The position numbers and the translations under genes are program-made. Below, one piece after another: positions 61,401 to 64,000 of a DNA stretch of 64,000 bases. Below the pieces are notes generated by a model, which was given only the letters and a program-made list of their open reading frames with translations, searched no databases and was not told the origin of the DNA. Source of the stretch: Candidatus Woesearchaeota archaeon (GTDB lineage: Archaea > Nanobdellota > Nanobdellia > Woesearchaeales > GW2011-AR15); contig JAVZBY010000003.1 in assembly GCA_038874655.1 (NCBI GenBank), positions 22,718 through 86,717 of the forward strand. The letters are read 5' to 3'. The first letter of the stretch is position 1; every line of letters starts with the position of its first letter.

Positions 61401-62302
61401 GATGTTTAGAAACTAGTAATCCTAAAACAGTTAATGTAATGGTAATAAATATAGAACCAAAAATAAACGGAATCAATTTAACAAGATATATGAAATGGAA
61501 TAGTATTGACTATTTAATTGATGGTTATATTAAAGACATTTATAATGCTAGTAATGGATATATCAAATATAAAGTTGTAAATTATACTTATAGTGATGAA
61601 TTTCCAATTAAAAAAGATGGATTTAGATATAATGAAAATACTTATCTACAATGTTTGAATAATCATGAACTATGCCATATGCCTGATGAAGTTGATTATG
61701 AAATATTATTATCAAAATTTAAAGTATGTGATTTAGTTAATAAAGGTTTAATTACAGAAGTTTGGATTTTTAATGGACCATTTTTTGGATTTTACGAAGC
61801 AAATATGGCTGGTCCTGGTTGGGAGACAAACGGTCCTGTAATTGAAAATACAGATTGCTTAAAACCTGTTCATATTATGGGATTTAGTTATGAAAGACAA
61901 ATTGAAGAGATGTTAGAAGACTTTGGACATCGTGTTGAGGGAACAATGGAATATTTTGTTTTTAATGAAATTCCAAATAACCCATGGAAAAATTTTACAT
62001 ATAATCATAATAGTAAAGAAAAATTAAAACCAATAGATGTGTTTGGTTGTGGTAATGTGCATTTTGCACCTAATAGTCACCAAGACTATGAATGGAGTAA
62101 CAAAGAAACAGTAAAATCCAATTGTGATGATTGGTATAACTATCCAAATCTAAAAGGAATAGTTACTAATGTTAATTGCGATATTTGGGATTGTAATGCA
62201 AGAGAACATAAAAAATGGTGGCTTAAACATATACCTAATGCACCAGGAAAAACAAACGGTATTTCAAATAATTGGTGGGACTATTTTGTAATAACTAGAT
62301 AA
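58457..62302 (+). CDS. Secreted Cys-rich protein (about 1281 aa) with internally duplicated modules and a C-terminal HExxH-containing region; paralog of the next gene
   Basis: ATG at 58457 is preceded by SD GAGGTG (the track ORF starts at a GTG within the SD). Signal IFLFFISIIILSIILNFTFG. A duplicated module EYYC(N/D)NN(K/N)INV(T/S)Y..C..GC..(G/S)ACY.K.P.C.T... GPID. HELCH lies at about aa 1070. Confidence 0.65.
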   Translation: MNKKKIFLFFISIIILSIILNFTFGQFNTLKKVACTDDMKQCPDGSYVTRNPLNNCNFYPCPGEETNINQCIDSDGLNFTKKSTTINNLERKTDSCLLDINNKESFYIYGKYLAEYYCNNNKINVTYIDCRYGCIDGACYTKEPNCTTIGTVMYVDPYGYGYIGCDIIAEGPIDPDKSICISSKTRKNISLLIQEKVKENIYHYYNTLTGLDPNEEVRVYIRTFYNGTKECYPPLNKKESLYSIQTNTTNQETNTTNLNCSKEGEMCGGFAGYLCCDGLKCKYENGFITYPDESGVCVPIQEKIQCQDTDYYNLSIPGNSTKGNIIKKDTCYYDDNLKEFSASRSGKYLAEYYCDNNNINVSYEECFMGCYKSACYDKLPKCKTLPTTIDNQGTIVCNILVEGPIDQFNSYCIGESTRKNKSFAYQREINQTTDLYSTTLTNLNPTEKVRAFIKSYYYNSTFECYPQLNSLSQNNVNNLLEESLSYKSAYWICQDGTEVNQESQTSCNTYAGWFTIANEFCKDKCSLINNSCGILNFIIGEQCNNIEHESPLISYTLETNKKVYEYGETVKIIGTVIGTNNSEVKTWIQTPDKKIRLLNVNKECERCTLINCINKCYYTSEYKIGDETSFRSNEEIEPPTPIRQDTSTSTNMMTGYVVLPNQVYNVFSRAITIINNTEYVNNATTSFGVSINETNIELKVNANELPFVAVLLKNKEKLPVEIQVKDIKIYKYINNEKVELKDLCNSNIKNRDVNIGSNELIEISSWNKKLKNQENNECNYNANSGIYEAEVEYSIKNTDTSIFKSKTFLVLDPQANSCNPVCKAISTNNEGWYNSCTGVLLKYEKCSITSKEYNQPKENGEYCLANKECISNSCSNNKCTKKESILDIIKRWLNGCTPSDEICDGKDNNCNNLVDEGCIYCSDTDKGFNVYTKGIVNGRDNINIYTKTDNCRDNYNLTEFYCYKDIVYNKTYRCPYGCNDGRCLETSNPKTVNVMVINIEPKINGINLTRYMKWNSIDYLIDGYIKDIYNASNGYIKYKVVNYTYSDEFPIKKDGFRYNENTYLQCLNNHELCHMPDEVDYEILLSKFKVCDLVNKGLITEVWIFNGPFFGFYEANMAGPGWETNGPVIENTDCLKPVHIMGFSYERQIEEMLEDFGHRVEGTMEYFVFNEIPNNPWKNFTYNHNSKEKLKPIDVFGCGNVHFAPNSHQDYEWSNKETVKSNCDDWYNYPNLKGIVTNVNCDIWDCNAREHKKWWLKHIPNAPGKTNGISNNWWDYFVITR

Positions 62303-62355
62303 AAAATAAAAGGGAAAATAAAACAAAAAATATAAAATTTTAGGAGGAATTAAAA

Positions 62356-64000
62356 ATGAATAAAAAATTAAAAACAAAAACTATTTTTTTATTTTTTATA
62401 ATAAGTGTTTTTCTTATAACTTTTGTTTATGGACAAATTAGTAATTCACTATCAAGAATTGCTTGTACTAATGATGTTTTACAATGCACTGATGGAAGTT
62501 TTGTTACAAGAAACCCAAATAATAACTGCAATTTCTATCCTTGTCCTAATGAACAAGCAACAACCTCTTGTACAGACAGCGATGGTTTAGATTATCAAAA
62601 AAAAGGTTTTACTACATGGTATGTTAATAATGAAAAAATAACTTATGAGGACATGTGTGTATTACAAACAACAAACATAAACTATGAAAAAAAAGATTCT
62701 TGTAGCGGTAAAAATTGTTTTTTAGTTGAAAATTTTTGTAGTGATAATACTGCAAAAACAAAAATTATTTCTTGTGAAGATGGTTGCTCTGAAGGTTTTT
62801 GTTCATCTAAAATTCCAGAAGAACCAACCTGTCAAACTATTAAAAGTGAAATGATAATAGATTATGATGGAACTGGATATATATATTGTAATGTTTCTGT
62901 TTCTGGAAATTTTAATATAGAAAAAAGTTATTGTATGAGTGAAAAAGGTAAAATATCTTATTTAAGAAAAACTAGTACTAATAATTTATATTATACTATA
63001 TTATATAATTTAGATCCTACAGAAGAGGTTAATGCATTTATAGTTACAAATACAGGAAAAACAATACTTTGTTTACCAACTTTAAATCAAAATAAGTTAC
63101 ATTTAGAAGGTGTTGAAGTAGAAGTACTTAATTCTAAGCAGGATGTTATTGTTAATGAATCTTTATTTATTCATGTATATTTTATAAATGATGGTGAATC
63201 TAATATTATATTACAAAAATTACAAGAATTTGTCCCAATGATTGTTGGTCAATCGTTATATAAAGTTAAAGATTTTCAAGGTATTTGGACAGATATTAAT
63301 GGAAATGAATTAAATTATAAAAATTACCCCTATGGCATACCAAAAGGTGTAAAAGTAAAATATACCTTAAAAGGATATTTTACACAATCAGGTAATAATA
63401 TTATATTAGCCTATTCAAAAGGTTCTAAAGTATCAAAAAATATAGAAGTTAAAGAATCTAACAATCAATACTTAAATAATTATTTTAGAAAAATTACATT
63501 TATATGTCAAAATGGTGTTTCTTATAGTCAAGGGAGTTTTTCATGTAAGTCATCTAGCGAATGGCTAAAAATTGCAAATTCAATTTGTAAAGAAAAATGT
63601 AAAGAAGATACTTGTGGTGTTGCCTCATATTACTTTGATTATGAATGCAAAGAAGAAAAAAAGGATAACATCATCTTTAAAATAAAAACTGATAAAGAAT
63701 TTTATAACTATGGTGAAACTGTTAATATTTTAGGTATATTAGAAGGTTCAAAATATTTCGAAGTAAAAACTTATGTCCAAACCTCTGAAGAGATATATGA
63801 ATTACCTGTAAATAAAAATTGTGAAAAGACTTGTATAGAAAACCAATGTAATATAATATGCTATTACAATAGTAATTATATTATAGGCAATAAATATCCT
63901 CTTGCTGAAATTTCTAAAGAAGAATTTAAAAATAAATATTTATCATCTCAAATAACAGGTTTAGTTGTTATGCCATCAAACAATTATAATGTGTATTCAG
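62356..64000 (+). CDS. Secreted Cys-rich protein, tandem paralog of 58457..62302 (partial; runs off the window end)
   Basis: ATG at 62356 with SD TAGGAGGA 6 nt upstream; not in the ORF track because it has no stop in the window. Translated by hand with no stop through 64000. N-terminus MNKKLKTKTIFLFFIISVFLITFVYGQISNSLSRIACTNDVLQCTDGSFVTRNPNNNCNFYPCPNEQ parallels the upstream gene, and homology continues (ICKEKCKEDTCG... versus FCKDKCSLINNSCG...). Confidence 0.6.
   Translation, partial: MNKKLKTKTIFLFFIISVFLITFVYGQISNSLSRIACTNDVLQCTDGSFVTRNPNNNCNFYPCPNEQATTSCTDSDGLDYQKKGFTTWYVNNEKITYEDMCVLQTTNINYEKKDSCSGKNCFLVENFCSDNTAKTKIISCEDGCSEGFCSSKIPEEPTCQTIKSEMIIDYDGTGYIYCNVSVSGNFNIEKSYCMSEKGKISYLRKTSTNNLYYTILYNLDPTEEVNAFIVTNTGKTILCLPTLNQNKLHLEGVEVEVLNSKQDVIVNESLFIHVYFINDGESNIILQKLQEFVPMIVGQSLYKVKDFQGIWTDINGNELNYKNYPYGIPKGVKVKYTLKGYFTQSGNNIILAYSKGSKVSKNIEVKESNNQYLNNYFRKITFICQNGVSYSQGSFSCKSSSEWLKIANSICKEKCKEDTCGVASYYFDYECKEEKKDNIIFKIKTDKEFYNYGETVNILGILEGSKYFEVKTYVQTSEEIYELPVNKNCEKTCIENQCNIICYYNSNYIIGNKYPLAEISKEEFKNKYLSSQITGLVVMPSNNYNVYS

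Noticed and set aside
1-64000. rRNA genes, transposases or IS elements
   Set aside because: No stretch with rRNA-like composition or length was seen. No DDE, HUH or serine/tyrosine recombinase-like ORF was recognised, and no terminal inverted repeats flanking any gene.

Overview
The window is very AT-rich (well under 35% GC by eye) and gene-dense, with mostly short intergenic regions, many overlapping start/stop codons, and G-rich Shine-Dalgarno-like sequences (GAGGTG/GGTGAT) ahead of many starts. Lineage signals are mostly archaeal: a class-I (archaeal-type) CCA-adding enzyme, a HerA-like helicase plus an Mre11-like nuclease, AlaX with a DHHA1 domain, a THUMP-methyltransferase (Trm14-like), and a tRNA gene without an encoded CCA. 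These sit beside bacterial-type genes (Adk with a Zn-lid, GatCAB, SbcD-like motifs). The best overall fit is a small-genome, DPANN-like archaeon, but this cannot be proven from sequence alone. Housekeeping content: cysS (partial), cysE, corA, gatC, gatA, gatB, cyclophilin, patatin, alaX, cca, mscS, two RNA methyltransferases, rpe, rpiB, adk, and one tRNA-Asn(GUU). Among these are a striking number of large secreted or signal-anchored proteins that are Cys-rich and full of N-glycosylation sequons: 1223, 1275, 2485, 1041 and 1284 aa, plus a partial paralog running off the window end. The most interesting region is a minus-strand, translationally coupled surface-protein operon at 38.6-51.2 kb. 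It is headed by a small HTH protein and a 2485-aa LamG/beta-propeller (SBBP-like) giant protein with nucleotide-identical internal repeats. Three copies of a 17-bp perfect palindrome lie upstream, next to tRNA-Asn and a large polytopic membrane protein that may be a FlaJ/TadC-like platform. Other notable items: a gene apparently split by a frameshift at an A5 run (2634-6780); a herA - membrane phosphatase - mre11 cluster lacking rad50 and nurA; a MazEF module and a solo Doc/Fic toxin; an unannotated 43-aa ribbon-helix-helix ORF; an internally duplicated small basic protein with a structured G-rich 5' leader; Myxococcus-type Cys-rich repeats; and several candidate operator repeats. No rRNA, CRISPR array, transposase or integrase was recognised.
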